A DNA stretch of 64,000 nucleotides from a virus: positions 1 to 64,000 of the IMG/VR virus record IMGVR_UViG_3300005096_000058; one strand, given 5' to 3'. How positions within the stretch are numbered: position 1 is the first letter of the stretch; each line of letters opens with the position of its first letter. Position numbers and translations under genes: made by a program. Below are positions 8,931 to 18,618 of this stretch, piece by piece. Below the pieces are notes generated by a model. It searched no databases. It was given only the letters and a program-made list of their open reading frames with translations, and had not been told where the DNA came from.

Positions 8931-9316
8931 GGTTTGCGGGCCTTGCGGCGAGACAAGTCTTGTTGGTGTGTGGCCTTCAGACGCTGCAGCTGGTTGATAG
9001 CTGCGTCGATCTCGTCGAGGAACGGGCGGTCGTCTTTGTAGATCGGCGATTCGGCTGTCTGGCCTCCAGCAACCTTCTCGTCGACGACGTAGCCCGTCGG
9101 TTCAACCCGGCGTTCGCTGTTGTAGGCGTGCACCACCTGCATGAGCGCGTCAACACCAGAGGGCCACGGCAGCCCGCGGACCAGCGTTGGGGCGTGGAAG
9201 ACCAACCACGTGCGATCGGATCCCTGCAGAAATTGGATCAGTTGTTGCGGGGATTTGATCGCTACTGCGTCCTGGGCAGCTACGAGCTCGCTCGCGTCGA
9301 TAGTGGGGAGATCCAT
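8927..9316 (-). CDS. hypothetical protein
   Basis: ATG 9316 behind GAAGGA SD; coupled to the Hfq-like gene. Confidence 0.6.
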   Translation of the reverse strand: MDLPTIDASELVAAQDAVAIKSPQQLIQFLQGSDRTWLVFHAPTLVRGLPWPSGVDALMQVVHAYNSERRVEPTGYVVDEKVAGGQTAESPIYKDDRPFLDEIDAAINQLQRLKATHQQDLSRRKARKP

Positions 9317-9393
9317 CGTGGGTTCCTTCGAAAAATATGCCCACCGCACCGGGAGCCAATGCGGGGGCGTTTAGGCTCCACTTGAAACAACAC

Positions 9394-10995
9394 TTAGCGC
9401 GGTCGGTTTTCCACCCACTCAGCAAAAAAAGCTGCGGTTTCCAAAACCTCGACGTTGAACGTGGCCTCCTGCCAGAGCACCCCCAACCGTGCAAGGCTAT
9501 GATCCATAAGGGTTCTATGGTGCCGATCAGCGAAATCTACGAAGATTGAGCGGGTTTTGCCCGCCATCGCTGTGCACACGCGATAGGCCGCCTGCACGAG
9601 GGGCACCTCGGCTTTCTGGCCTGGGCAGTAAACGCAGGCGTCTGTGTCGGGCAGGTCGGTCCCTTCGCCAACCATGCTCGTGCCGATCAAAATCTTAATG
9701 GAGTCCGTCTGGACAAAACAGTCGATCACGTCTTGGCACACAGCCTCCGGGCGGTCGGTGCTCACGAACTCGACAGCGCGGAATTGCCTGCCGGCGGGGG
9801 TGGGCAGTTGATGTTCGAGGGCCGCGAGGATGGCCCGCCCTTGCTCCTTCGTGCCGACGAGCACAAGCACCTTGCGCCCGTAATGGTGCAGCACCTGCGT
9901 GGCCCAGACAGCCAGAGCAGTCCGGTGCTCGTGCCGATAGATCCCATAGCGGCCACACCCCGTCTGGAACGTGGGTCCACCCTTCGCGGTGGGTCCGTTG
10001 ACGGGGAGGTAGCAAACATCGGTGGGGACCAGGAAGCCTTTTGCCACAAGGCTTTCAGCGGACACTTTGTAGATGGTCTTTGAAAGCACCGCGTGCATGG
10101 CCATGGCGTCGTCGCCAGAACGCCGGAACGTTCCCGTCATCCCAAAGCGGTAGAAGATGTTTTCGCATTTGGTGACGAGGTGCTGATATGTCTTGGCAGC
10201 GGCGTGGTGGAACTCGTCGATAAAAAGCATGTCCCTCGTCGCAAAAAACTCTGCGGACAGGTCGCGCGCCGTTGCGGCGGTGCAAACCACGACACGCATG
10301 TGGGCCACGTCGCGCCAATTCTTCGCACCGACGAGGCGAACCACATAGCCCTTGCCGAAAAAACGCTCAAAAGCGCGCACGGTCTGCTTCACGATGTTGC
10401 TCGTGGGCGCAATCCAGATCGCCGGGAGTGCAATCCGCCGTTGGATCTCAATGCCCACGCGGGTTTTCCCGGCGCGCGGGGGCATGTCGAGCACGCCGCG
10501 TCCCTCACGAATTGCGGCCTCTACGGCTCCCAGCTGGTAATCCCGATCAACGACGGGTTCAAATAAGCAGGGCAACTCATCGTCTGGAACCACCCGCGTG
10601 TCGTCGACAGTGTGCGCAAAACCGAAGCGATCGCAGACCCAGCGGCATAGGTCTAAAAGGCCCGTTGGTGTGTGCCCTGGTCCCTGAGCGGGAAACTTCG
10701 TGAGATGAATCCAACCGTCCCAAAATTCTTCGTTGACGTAGGCTTCTGGGGGCCTCCAAGAGTCTTCTGGATGGATAGCCAAAGGGCTGGGGTACCTGGT
10801 GTGGAAGCACAACAGCTGCTGGAGGGCTGGAGGGGCTCCATAGATTCTCGTGTTGGTGTTGCTTACTTCAAAAATCGTTTGCGAAAATCCATCCGCAAGG
10901 ATGGGCGCTGGAGCCCCGAGGCCGGAGGCCGAGGGTGCTCCCTGCGCTTGTTGGTTCTCTGTCCAGACAACCATGTGGTCGCTCCTATAAGACAT
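9394..10995 (-). CDS. superfamily 2 DNA helicase (UvsW/XPB-like)
   Basis: RDYQ, PPRAGKT, DEFHH, GMTGT, GEGTDLP, QAAYRV. Confidence 0.9.
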   Translation of the reverse strand: MSYRSDHMVVWTENQQAQGAPSASGLGAPAPILADGFSQTIFEVSNTNTRIYGAPPALQQLLCFHTRYPSPLAIHPEDSWRPPEAYVNEEFWDGWIHLTKFPAQGPGHTPTGLLDLCRWVCDRFGFAHTVDDTRVVPDDELPCLFEPVVDRDYQLGAVEAAIREGRGVLDMPPRAGKTRVGIEIQRRIALPAIWIAPTSNIVKQTVRAFERFFGKGYVVRLVGAKNWRDVAHMRVVVCTAATARDLSAEFFATRDMLFIDEFHHAAAKTYQHLVTKCENIFYRFGMTGTFRRSGDDAMAMHAVLSKTIYKVSAESLVAKGFLVPTDVCYLPVNGPTAKGGPTFQTGCGRYGIYRHEHRTALAVWATQVLHHYGRKVLVLVGTKEQGRAILAALEHQLPTPAGRQFRAVEFVSTDRPEAVCQDVIDCFVQTDSIKILIGTSMVGEGTDLPDTDACVYCPGQKAEVPLVQAAYRVCTAMAGKTRSIFVDFADRHHRTLMDHSLARLGVLWQEATFNVEVLETAAFFAEWVENRPR

Positions 10996-11011
10996 TTGTC
11001 TTTGGCTCTTC

Positions 11012-11131
11012 TTAGATCTGAATTAATTACTAAGAGATCATCTAATTAATTAGTGGCGCCGTATGTAATGCACCATTTGGTGCACAACCCTCCGCACCAA
11101 ATGGTGCATCACCCCCGCACCATTTGGTGCA
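11012..11131. other. candidate replication origin: three near-palindromic iterons plus an AT-rich tract
   Basis: GCACCA(T/A)(T/A)TGGTGCA at 11070, 11094 and 11117; AT-rich 11012-11053 including palindrome CTAATTAATTAG. Confidence 0.6.
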
Positions 11132-11134
11132 TCT

Positions 11135-11575
11135 TTAGTTTTCAAGGGGTTGAGGTTCGTAGGATCCTAAAGTCTGCACGTCGGTCCAGGCTGCTTGCAA
11201 CTCCGTTTCCTGCACGCAGACGTGCAAAACACTGCTACCTAGCGTGCCACTATAGGGTTTGAGTGTGCTCGTCTGGATGAGGCTAAGTCTTCTCCGCAGC
11301 CTGTTGAGCAGCCTCTGCATTGGTCGGCGCCCGATGCGCAGTTCTTGCCACCATTGGGCGTAGCTGGCCTCGACCCAGATTTGGTTTTGGTCGAGCCTCC
11401 ACGGTCGGCGACCCTCGCGGGCCTCCCGTAAATTATGCACGCAATGCTGCAACACGATCGCAGTCATGTGGTCGTCGCAGAGCATGACGTACCCACGGCT
11501 CGTGCCAATAAATTGGTGCAGCCTCTGGTCTGTCAGATGGTCCGCCATCCACGGGGAGAGGGGGAGATCGGGCAT
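11135..11575 (-). CDS. winged-helix replication-initiator-like protein
   Basis: AIVL...WV..SYAQW..EL.I......RLL..L pattern of phage initiator N-terminal wHTH domains; first gene of the replication module and adjacent to the iterons. Confidence 0.45.
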   Translation of the reverse strand: MPDLPLSPWMADHLTDQRLHQFIGTSRGYVMLCDDHMTAIVLQHCVHNLREAREGRRPWRLDQNQIWVEASYAQWWQELRIGRRPMQRLLNRLRRRLSLIQTSTLKPYSGTLGSSVLHVCVQETELQAAWTDVQTLGSYEPQPLEN

Positions 11576-11711
11576 GGGGCCTCTGTTTGTGGTGGTGCTA
11601 CGCGTTGCCCTGGGGCATACTGCCGGACACCAATGTGAGTCTGAGTCGGCGCGCCCTTACCATAAAGTCGCGTCGGCTCCTTTTTATTGGTAGGGCATAT
11701 TGCCCTCTAGG

Positions 11712-12230
11712 TCAAGGTGTCGGTTCCGCAGGAGGGAGGGCTGGCCGTAGTTGGCCCACGGCCCAAACCCCCGCGTACGCAAGAACACCAGCCACCACCA
11801 CACCAACCGCAAAGGCGCCCCAGCCCACCAACACCGGCTCTTCATAAAATGGGATCTCACGTTGCTGGCGTGCCGCTTCTAACGCGGCCTCAGTCACCTT
11901 GAGCTTGGCGGTAAGGCTGCGCACATCCACGGCAAGCGGGACGGTGGCAGCGGCGATGGCGAGCTCCTGAGCGCGAGACGCATGATCGAGTTCTAGGGCC
12001 TTGGTCTCCTCGCAGCGCTCCACCCCCACGCTGAGTTCGGCGGCGAGAGCGTGCGAAAGCAGCTGCCCCGCGAATGGGGCGGGCTCACCAGCTAGAATCT
12101 CCGTTGCGGCGAGCTCGTCGGAGTTTTTCTCCTGTGCGAACGAGGTGCTTGCTGAGAGCAGAAGGATTGTCGCGCAGACGGACCACCTTGTCGTATGCGC
12201 GCTCGTCTGCAGCGTCGATCGTGTCTTCAT
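11712..12230 (-). CDS. secreted/membrane protein, spanin-like
   Basis: Signal-like ATILLLSASTSFA, coiled coil and C-terminal TM; overlaps the upstream gene Rz/Rz1-style; start uncertain. Confidence 0.45.
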   Translation of the reverse strand: MKTRSTLQTSAHTTRWSVCATILLLSASTSFAQEKNSDELAATEILAGEPAPFAGQLLSHALAAELSVGVERCEETKALELDHASRAQELAIAAATVPLAVDVRSLTAKLKVTEAALEAARQQREIPFYEEPVLVGWGAFAVGVVVAGVLAYAGVWAVGQLRPALPPAEPTP

Positions 12231-12462
12231 GTTGGATCTCCAGTTGTCTGGACGCCGCAATGACGCCCTCCATCTGGATCAGCTTAGCGGTTTCTGCCAC
12301 GGAATCGATCGCCTTCACTTCATCACGCACGGTGTCGAGCGGGCTGTTGAACCTGCGCTGCAGGAACACGCCCGCTAGGGTGCCTAGCAGGCCGACGATC
12401 AGCGTGAGCGGGATATACCAGTATTTGCGCAGCCATCGAGCGGCGTTTTTGAGCTTTTCCAT
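12085..12462 (-). CDS. inner-membrane spanin-like protein
   Basis: N-terminal TM (WYIPLTLIVGLLGTLAGVFL) plus helical domain; follows the holin. Confidence 0.5.
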   Translation of the reverse strand: MEKLKNAARWLRKYWYIPLTLIVGLLGTLAGVFLQRRFNSPLDTVRDEVKAIDSVAETAKLIQMEGVIAASRQLEIQHEDTIDAADERAYDKVVRLRDNPSALSKHLVRTGEKLRRARRNGDSSW

Positions 12463-12839
12463 TACAGAGCCTCTCCGGCGTTCGTGGGATCTTTGAGTTT
12501 TCCCCCGAGAACAGGAACATATTTTTGGAGCCCAAAGCGCTTGAGCACGTCATGGGCGTGGGCGGTCAGAAACGCGAGCACCAGGCCGAGCACAACTTTT
12601 TCGCCTGAGGTCGAGGTTGGTTGCCACGCCACCGTTGTCCAGACGGCGATCTGACAGAGGAGCATGGGCATGAGAACGATCAGCTTTTGCCCGATCGCAT
12701 CCCGCCAAAAGTCCTTGAACATCACCTTCAGCGTCTCCAAAACGAACCACACCGCGATGACGATGAGGACGTTTTGGTAGCTGAGGAGGTGTTTGAGGTC
12801 AAAAAATGCGGCGTTGGCTGCGGCTGCTGTTGGGTCCAT
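12462..12839 (-). CDS. holin-like membrane protein
   Basis: 125 aa with three hydrophobic segments and a charged C-terminus; after the tail-fibre genes. Confidence 0.55.
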   Translation of the reverse strand: MDPTAAAANAAFFDLKHLLSYQNVLIVIAVWFVLETLKVMFKDFWRDAIGQKLIVLMPMLLCQIAVWTTVAWQPTSTSGEKVVLGLVLAFLTAHAHDVLKRFGLQKYVPVLGGKLKDPTNAGEAL

Positions 12840-12857
12840 GGTCTGCTCCCTTGTGGG

Positions 12858-13157
12858 TCAGACGTCCGTCGTCCCCGAGTTGAAAAATCCACCATTCTGC
12901 GTGGAAGCTGCCTTCAGCTTCGCGTAAAGGTCGGCCAAAATGTTCGTCCCCATACTCACAGTTTCTGGGATGAGGGTAAACCACCGTCTGGTGTAGGGTT
13001 CGTCGTCGTTACCTCGCGCAGAAGCGTCGTAATACGATGCAACGCAAACACGAAGTCCAGACGGGGCTTTGGGGTCGCCCCGCACGTCGCAAATGCGATG
13101 ATACGCATTGGCGGCGGTGAATCCGAATGTGGTGAGCTCACCTTTTTGTAGTGCCAT
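12858..13157 (-). CDS. small tail-fibre-associated protein
   Basis: MAL.K....G....AYHRI...LYAKLK....F....DV pattern common downstream of fibres; AAGGAG SD. Confidence 0.5.
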   Translation of the reverse strand: MALQKGELTTFGFTAANAYHRICDVRGDPKAPSGLRVCVASYYDASARGNDDEPYTRRWFTLIPETVSMGTNILADLYAKLKAASTQNGGFFNSGTTDV

Positions 13158-13169
13158 CTGGAACTCCTT

Positions 13170-13496
13170 TTAGCCTGTGGCTTTCTTTGCAAGGCCGACA
13201 ACTTCGGCACCGGGGATGAGATCTGTAACACTTGGGATTTGAATGTCCCCTCGATCGCTGGCTGCTTCGAACAGGAGTTCGGCGAGGAGCATCCCTTGGG
13301 CCTGCTTAGCTTGCATTTGCAAAGTTGTTTTGCGCACTTGGTCCTGGAGCGCTTTGGAGTTTTCACCCAACTGCTTTAATTCACCATCCAGGGCCACCAA
13401 ACGATCGTACAGGGGCCGATCGGCCTCGCACACCTTGTCGGGGTCGAGGGTCAACAATTCCTGCAAGTATTGTTGTGGGTTTTGTACCTCTGACAT
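13170..13496 (-). CDS. hypothetical coiled-coil protein (possible fibre chaperone)
   Basis: ATG 13496 with AAGGAG SD; heptad-rich. Confidence 0.55.
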   Translation of the reverse strand: MSEVQNPQQYLQELLTLDPDKVCEADRPLYDRLVALDGELKQLGENSKALQDQVRKTTLQMQAKQAQGMLLAELLFEAASDRGDIQIPSVTDLIPGAEVVGLAKKATG

Positions 13497-13516
13497 AACT
13501 AACTCCTTAGCGATTT

Positions 13517-15475
13517 CTAGGTACGCCACAAACGGAGGTAACGTGTTGCTCCGGGAATACGCACTGCAATGAACTCCGTTACAGCCACCAAAGTGACCGC
13601 GCCTCCTTCGGCCACGACCACGGTACCATCAACCGTAGTGAAGTTGGCCCAATAATCAGCGCCCGCTGCCGTCTGGAACTTCATAGCGGCGCCATTGCTC
13701 CACCGGGTAGTGGCAACGCCGTTATTCGTGGAGGGAGCGCTGAACCCGCCACCAGAACCGCCAAGGTCGAGGAATTCCGTGTTGACTTGCCCCCAATAAT
13801 TAGTGGCACCAAGCACTTGGCCACCATCAGTGGAGGGTTCAAACGTGCCGTCGATTTCTAAGGTCCCGGCCACGGTGTTGGTGACGCTCAATAGCGGCGT
13901 GCCTCCGGCCCCTTGGTACCAACTTAGGCGGGCGGAGGCCTCGGTGAACCGCACCTCCAACGCGGCGAACATGCCCCCCCAGGGGTCGACGTTACTTCCG
14001 ATCGTCTGGGTGTTGGTGTTTGGAAGTAACGTGTCACTTGCTCCGTTAATTCGGACGACGTGGAGCTCCCTGAAGAATCGGTTGATGCTCCCCAGGTCTA
14101 GCGAGTTGTGGACGCCGGGCACGAGGTCCGTGCGGACGCCTTGGTTGAGTCCGTTCGTGAGGTACAACGAGTCCGCATAGATGGCAGACCATCGGTTCCC
14201 TGTGAGGCCAAGCGTTGGGACACCAGCCGCAGGGTGCATGCCAGTAGAAACAATGTCGAGCACATCGGTGAATCCGGCGCGCACTCGAAACGTGTTGTTG
14301 ACCTCAAGCTGGGTGCGCCCTGCGTCTTGGAAGAGGATGATGTCTAAAAAGCCACCACCGCCACCTTGATCTATCAGGAAGATGCCGGTCAATCCGCCGG
14401 ACGCCGCCTGGTTCGCCAATGTGAGGCTTGGGCTGTTCTCGGATAGTAGGACATTGTCATTGAACGTCGAGGTCCCCCGCACCGTGAACATGCTGTCAAC
14501 CGTGAGATCGTCGAAAAACCCTGCGGCAAAACGGGAACCGCCGACGTCCAGTCCCAGCGAAGAGGCACCAATGGGCAGCACATCAGTGACCTCCAAGTTT
14601 TGGGTGTGCACCGTCCCCCAACGTTGAGCCACGTCGCCTAGATTGCGGTTCTGCCCTGTGGCATCGGGTTCAATGTCCCCGCGCATACGCGTGGGAACAC
14701 CGCTACTACCCACCAGCGGGAGCATCGCATCCAGGCTGCCGTTCACTGGGGCGTCCCACCACCGCTCGCCGATGATATTTGGGTTCCCTCCCGTCTGGAT
14801 TTCTTCCACTTTTTTCAGCAAAGCGTCGACGGCAGTGTGCAGGTCCCGCACACCATTGAGCGCACGATCTGCGTCCCGGTCTAAACCGCCGCCCCAACCG
14901 AGCGCGAAGCTGTTGTCCTCGTCGCCTTCAAAATAAAACTGACGCTGCTTTGTGATCAGGGTGATGAGCCCAGCTGCGACCGTAGCCTCGCCGATCTTAA
15001 ACCACTCGCCCCCGGGAGCACTCAAGGCAACACGTAGCCCCCAGTTGGCCGTGCGTTTGGTGGCGATATTTTGGGGAAACTCAACGTTTGCGTTGGGGTT
15101 CCAGAACACACGGTTTTGGAAGTCTCCTTGCTGAAACTGAAAGCGGATGTAGATGTTGTAAACGCCGTTGGCGAATGCGGACAAATCCTGAATGCGCTGG
15201 GTCTCGCCTTGCGTAACGACTGCACCATGCTCGATCACGCCTTTCTCACGGAACGAAAGGATGGCAGTGCCCCGAGTGACCCCGAGCTGACCTGACGGAC
15301 CAGCTACCACCGCCATGTCGAACCCGTCGACGATCCATGCTCGCTGGCCTGCTGGGTTCGTCAGAAAGTTGGCGGGGAGGTCTTGCGCATGTGTCGTAGG
15401 AGATTCTTGCGCGAGGAATTCAAAGTCCTCACGATCAACGCGTTCAAGATTATCAACACGTAGCTGGTCACGCAT
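13517..15475 (-). CDS. tail fibre protein
   Basis: Follows the baseplate genes; repeated P.......LG....RW units; Gly-rich. Confidence 0.7.
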   Translation of the reverse strand: MRDQLRVDNLERVDREDFEFLAQESPTTHAQDLPANFLTNPAGQRAWIVDGFDMAVVAGPSGQLGVTRGTAILSFREKGVIEHGAVVTQGETQRIQDLSAFANGVYNIYIRFQFQQGDFQNRVFWNPNANVEFPQNIATKRTANWGLRVALSAPGGEWFKIGEATVAAGLITLITKQRQFYFEGDEDNSFALGWGGGLDRDADRALNGVRDLHTAVDALLKKVEEIQTGGNPNIIGERWWDAPVNGSLDAMLPLVGSSGVPTRMRGDIEPDATGQNRNLGDVAQRWGTVHTQNLEVTDVLPIGASSLGLDVGGSRFAAGFFDDLTVDSMFTVRGTSTFNDNVLLSENSPSLTLANQAASGGLTGIFLIDQGGGGGFLDIILFQDAGRTQLEVNNTFRVRAGFTDVLDIVSTGMHPAAGVPTLGLTGNRWSAIYADSLYLTNGLNQGVRTDLVPGVHNSLDLGSINRFFRELHVVRINGASDTLLPNTNTQTIGSNVDPWGGMFAALEVRFTEASARLSWYQGAGGTPLLSVTNTVAGTLEIDGTFEPSTDGGQVLGATNYWGQVNTEFLDLGGSGGGFSAPSTNNGVATTRWSNGAAMKFQTAAGADYWANFTTVDGTVVVAEGGAVTLVAVTEFIAVRIPGATRYLRLWRT

Positions 15476-15484
15476 GGGACACCT

Positions 15485-17890
15485 CTATGAAAGCAATTCA
15501 GGAATGACGCCAGCTACGGTGAGCTCGTCGAGGAAAGATTCAAAAGCGCCCAACAAGCTTGCGGGCATGAAGAACGGGTAGTTCGTGTACTCCACGGGCA
15601 TCGTTGCCGGTATCGCCGCTGTGGCGATAGTTTCATTGGGAACGAGTTGCGCGCTGAGCACCTGCGTGTACCGCACACGCAGGATGAGTTCTATGTTGGC
15701 ATAGTCGAACGGCGGATTGTTTCGCAGGGTCCCGACCACGCCAACAACGCTGCCTGCATCGCTTAGCTCCCAGCTGAGGGTACCCACTTCAGTCACAAAG
15801 TTTGGCTTTAGACGATAATCCAGCCCAGTTTCGGTGACGTAGCCCGTCGTCTCACGAAGTTCCCAAACAAGGCTTCCTTCGGTCGTAAATGTCTGGCCGA
15901 TGCTCACGCTGTTGGTTACGACCTCTGAAGGGGAAACGAAGGCGGTGATCTGAAACACACCGACGTTGCCGGGGTTGCCGGCTGCGCGGATCAAAATGAG
16001 CCTGCCCACGTCACCGATCGCAAAGCTGTTGTATGTGGCGTCTACAAACCTATCGCTGGCAGCCGTGTTGACGGCCCCATTGGCTCCGCTGCTGCCCGTT
16101 GCCGGGCCCACCACCAACACTTGATCACTTTCATCTTCGACGTCGCCTGCAATCGGGAAGCCGGTAACCCTATCCACAATGTGGGTCACCAGCACGTCAC
16201 CAGCATTCGCGCTCGCTCCGAGAATCTCAAGCGTTTTGCCTTGGTCATCTGGGTACCGAAACGCATTGGTTGTCGCGGCAGCGCTCACTCGCCCTGGGTG
16301 CACGGTTTCGACGAACGCTAGCTGCCTGTCTAGTCCCACCAGAGTGACGTTGTCTGCGTCGATGAATGTGTCAATGATCCAGTCACCGTTGTTGCTCCCA
16401 CCTTCTGCGTTCAACACTTGGGAGTTGAACACGCGCAGCGGCTTACCAACATCTGCTACCAACAACGAGGCACTATTAGTATCCAGCGTCGTCGGAGATA
16501 CGGTGTTGACATCGGCCACCGTCCCCCGTTCGTTCCAATAATCGGTGGCGGTCTGTGCGTTAAAGTTGACATCCCGCAAGTGAACATCAACCCCGCCAAG
16601 GCGCACCCCAAAGACGAACGAGGTCTCTGCTGTGGCGGCAAATAGTGAGGCGTCCAATACGGTTTGAAATACCAAACCGTTGCGCGATAGCTCCACAACA
16701 CCATCTAGCCTTTTGCGGATGGCATACGTGGCTTGTTCCACGTAGGGAAAGAAATTAACCTCCAATGGCGCAATGTAGGAGTTGCCGTTGGACGCCCCCA
16801 CACGGAAAACCCCGGACCCTAGATGGTTAAAGCCCATGTTGATTACGCGGGAACCATCGTTGATTTGCAAGGCAAGGTTGGTAGGTGCGACGCTACCCCC
16901 GAGATCAACGATGTGCATCGTGGAGTCAATGTAAGCCTCACTCTGAGGCTGCACACGAGCGTAGTGCCTATATAGCGCGACGTCCGCCCCGGCAGTATTA
17001 ATGCGGAGCGTACCGCCGTCTAGAGCTTCACCGGCAGTCACCTCGACACCCTCAGACGTACCGGATCCATCTGGATCAAATTCCCAGACCGGGATACCAG
17101 CATCACCTGCATACCGAATCTCTGTGAGGGCCGTGGGAAACACTGCGGATAAAGCACCTTCGTGCACTTCATCCTCCAGCGTGGCGCCGGCAATGATTCC
17201 GTAGAGGGCGGCTTCCTGCAACGTGACTTCACTCGCAGCGTCGTCAAGCGGCTCGGGGCGGTCCAAACCCACGTAAGTCTTACCGATGCTGGACGTCGAC
17301 AAGGAAAGCCCCGCACCCGTGAGCCGTATAAAAACTGTGTTGGGGTTGTTGACGAGGTTCTCGTAGATGACGAAGTTCCCCGCACCAAAAAAAGCTGTGA
17401 GGGCGAGTTCCAACGCCCAGATAGTCCCCTTGGGCACATAGGCTGTAGCTTTGATGATCTCCCTAAAAATGGCGTCGTCAGTGAGCGTCGGGGGCCGGTC
17501 CACACCAAGCCCTCGACCAAGCGTTGAGAGGTCGGAGCCAGCTGCCGTATTTACAAAAAATCCAGAGCGCAATTTTTCAAGGTCGTTAAAGACTCGTGAA
17601 AAATCCAACACCTCATCGGTGGGGTTGACGTCGTTCCTCAGACCGAAAATTTCAGTAGTGCCTTCAAAATAACTCAACCCTGTGAGGGCTGTTGGGGTCT
17701 TGCCTGACCACAAATAGGATTGACCGTTGATGTACGCGACGCCTGCGGCGGGCCATTCGTGCGTGGTTTCCACAAACACTGAACTACTGCCCGCAGGTGA
17801 CAGGCTAACCGCTCGGGTAAAGCGCTGTCCGCCAAGTTCGTTGAGGACGCCACCCATTGCCCGGGTGATTGCTTCAAGCACGCCGGACAT
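15485..17890 (-). CDS. baseplate wedge/tail protein (gpI/DUF2612-like) with inserted beta domains
   Basis: TA.GSDL..LG...GV.RP....DD..FR..I......KGT motif and a C-terminal AGV motif. Confidence 0.6.
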   Translation of the reverse strand: MSGVLEAITRAMGGVLNELGGQRFTRAVSLSPAGSSSVFVETTHEWPAAGVAYINGQSYLWSGKTPTALTGLSYFEGTTEIFGLRNDVNPTDEVLDFSRVFNDLEKLRSGFFVNTAAGSDLSTLGRGLGVDRPPTLTDDAIFREIIKATAYVPKGTIWALELALTAFFGAGNFVIYENLVNNPNTVFIRLTGAGLSLSTSSIGKTYVGLDRPEPLDDAASEVTLQEAALYGIIAGATLEDEVHEGALSAVFPTALTEIRYAGDAGIPVWEFDPDGSGTSEGVEVTAGEALDGGTLRINTAGADVALYRHYARVQPQSEAYIDSTMHIVDLGGSVAPTNLALQINDGSRVINMGFNHLGSGVFRVGASNGNSYIAPLEVNFFPYVEQATYAIRKRLDGVVELSRNGLVFQTVLDASLFAATAETSFVFGVRLGGVDVHLRDVNFNAQTATDYWNERGTVADVNTVSPTTLDTNSASLLVADVGKPLRVFNSQVLNAEGGSNNGDWIIDTFIDADNVTLVGLDRQLAFVETVHPGRVSAAATTNAFRYPDDQGKTLEILGASANAGDVLVTHIVDRVTGFPIAGDVEDESDQVLVVGPATGSSGANGAVNTAASDRFVDATYNSFAIGDVGRLILIRAAGNPGNVGVFQITAFVSPSEVVTNSVSIGQTFTTEGSLVWELRETTGYVTETGLDYRLKPNFVTEVGTLSWELSDAGSVVGVVGTLRNNPPFDYANIELILRVRYTQVLSAQLVPNETIATAAIPATMPVEYTNYPFFMPASLLGAFESFLDELTVAGVIPELLS

Positions 17891-17891
17891 T

Positions 17892-18614
17892 TTAGGTCAC
17901 CACTAAATCGAAAAGATTCGATTGGGTAGGAGTGAGCCCGTCCGTGACTCCTAAACGGATGCCCACGGTGGTGCCCACATCAGGCGCAGCTGGTGTGCCC
18001 GTGAGAACGCCCGTCGGGGGATCAAGCGTGAGCCAACCAGGTAAAGCTGTGCCCACGCTCGACCACGTAAGCGGGGCCGCAGTGGGATTAAATGCCTGGG
18101 CTTGCAGCTGGAAAAGGACGGCTTGCACAGCGGCTTGGTTCGCTATGAACCCTGCAGTTAGCGCGCTCAGAATCAGAGCCCTTGTGCCGAGGTTGCGCCG
18201 GCCTGTTCGCCAGCTTCGCGGCCACAAACGACGTGCGTCAAATACTTTAGAGCGCCAGTTGCGCGCGACAATGGACAACGCTTGGCCAAGCAAACCAGAC
18301 GTCGCCCCTTGCGTCACCCGCACCCCGTATGGGCCGCCAATCGGCAGCGGGGGGGTCACCACCCGTAAGATGTTCCCGGCTAAAGGGATCGGACGGTTAC
18401 CTTGCCCCCGAGCACCGGCATAGCATTCAACTTCGGTGGTGGCGTCGATGACGATCGCCACCGTGGCGGGGTCTTCTTTGAAAACACCGACGATGAAAAG
18501 TTCATAGCCACCATCGTCCTCGACAACTGCTGGTTGCGTCGAGGCTGGCGCTGTCACTGTTGCCGAAAATGGGATCGGAACCGGTGCCTCAAAATCAGTA
18601 AACACGTCAGGCAT
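17892..18614 (-). CDS. Ig-like domain structural protein
   Basis: LPGWLTLDPPTGVLTGTP (putative Ig/He_PIG) and an IPT-like N-terminal domain. Confidence 0.65.
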   Translation of the reverse strand: MPDVFTDFEAPVPIPFSATVTAPASTQPAVVEDDGGYELFIVGVFKEDPATVAIVIDATTEVECYAGARGQGNRPIPLAGNILRVVTPPLPIGGPYGVRVTQGATSGLLGQALSIVARNWRSKVFDARRLWPRSWRTGRRNLGTRALILSALTAGFIANQAAVQAVLFQLQAQAFNPTAAPLTWSSVGTALPGWLTLDPPTGVLTGTPAAPDVGTTVGIRLGVTDGLTPTQSNLFDLVVT

Positions 18615-18618
18615 GGCG

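Noticed and set aside
11681-11710. Hairpin GGGCA-TAT-TGCCC as a terminator after the lysis genes
   Set aside because: On the coding (minus) strand it is followed by an A-tract rather than a U-tract, so it is not a convincing intrinsic terminator.
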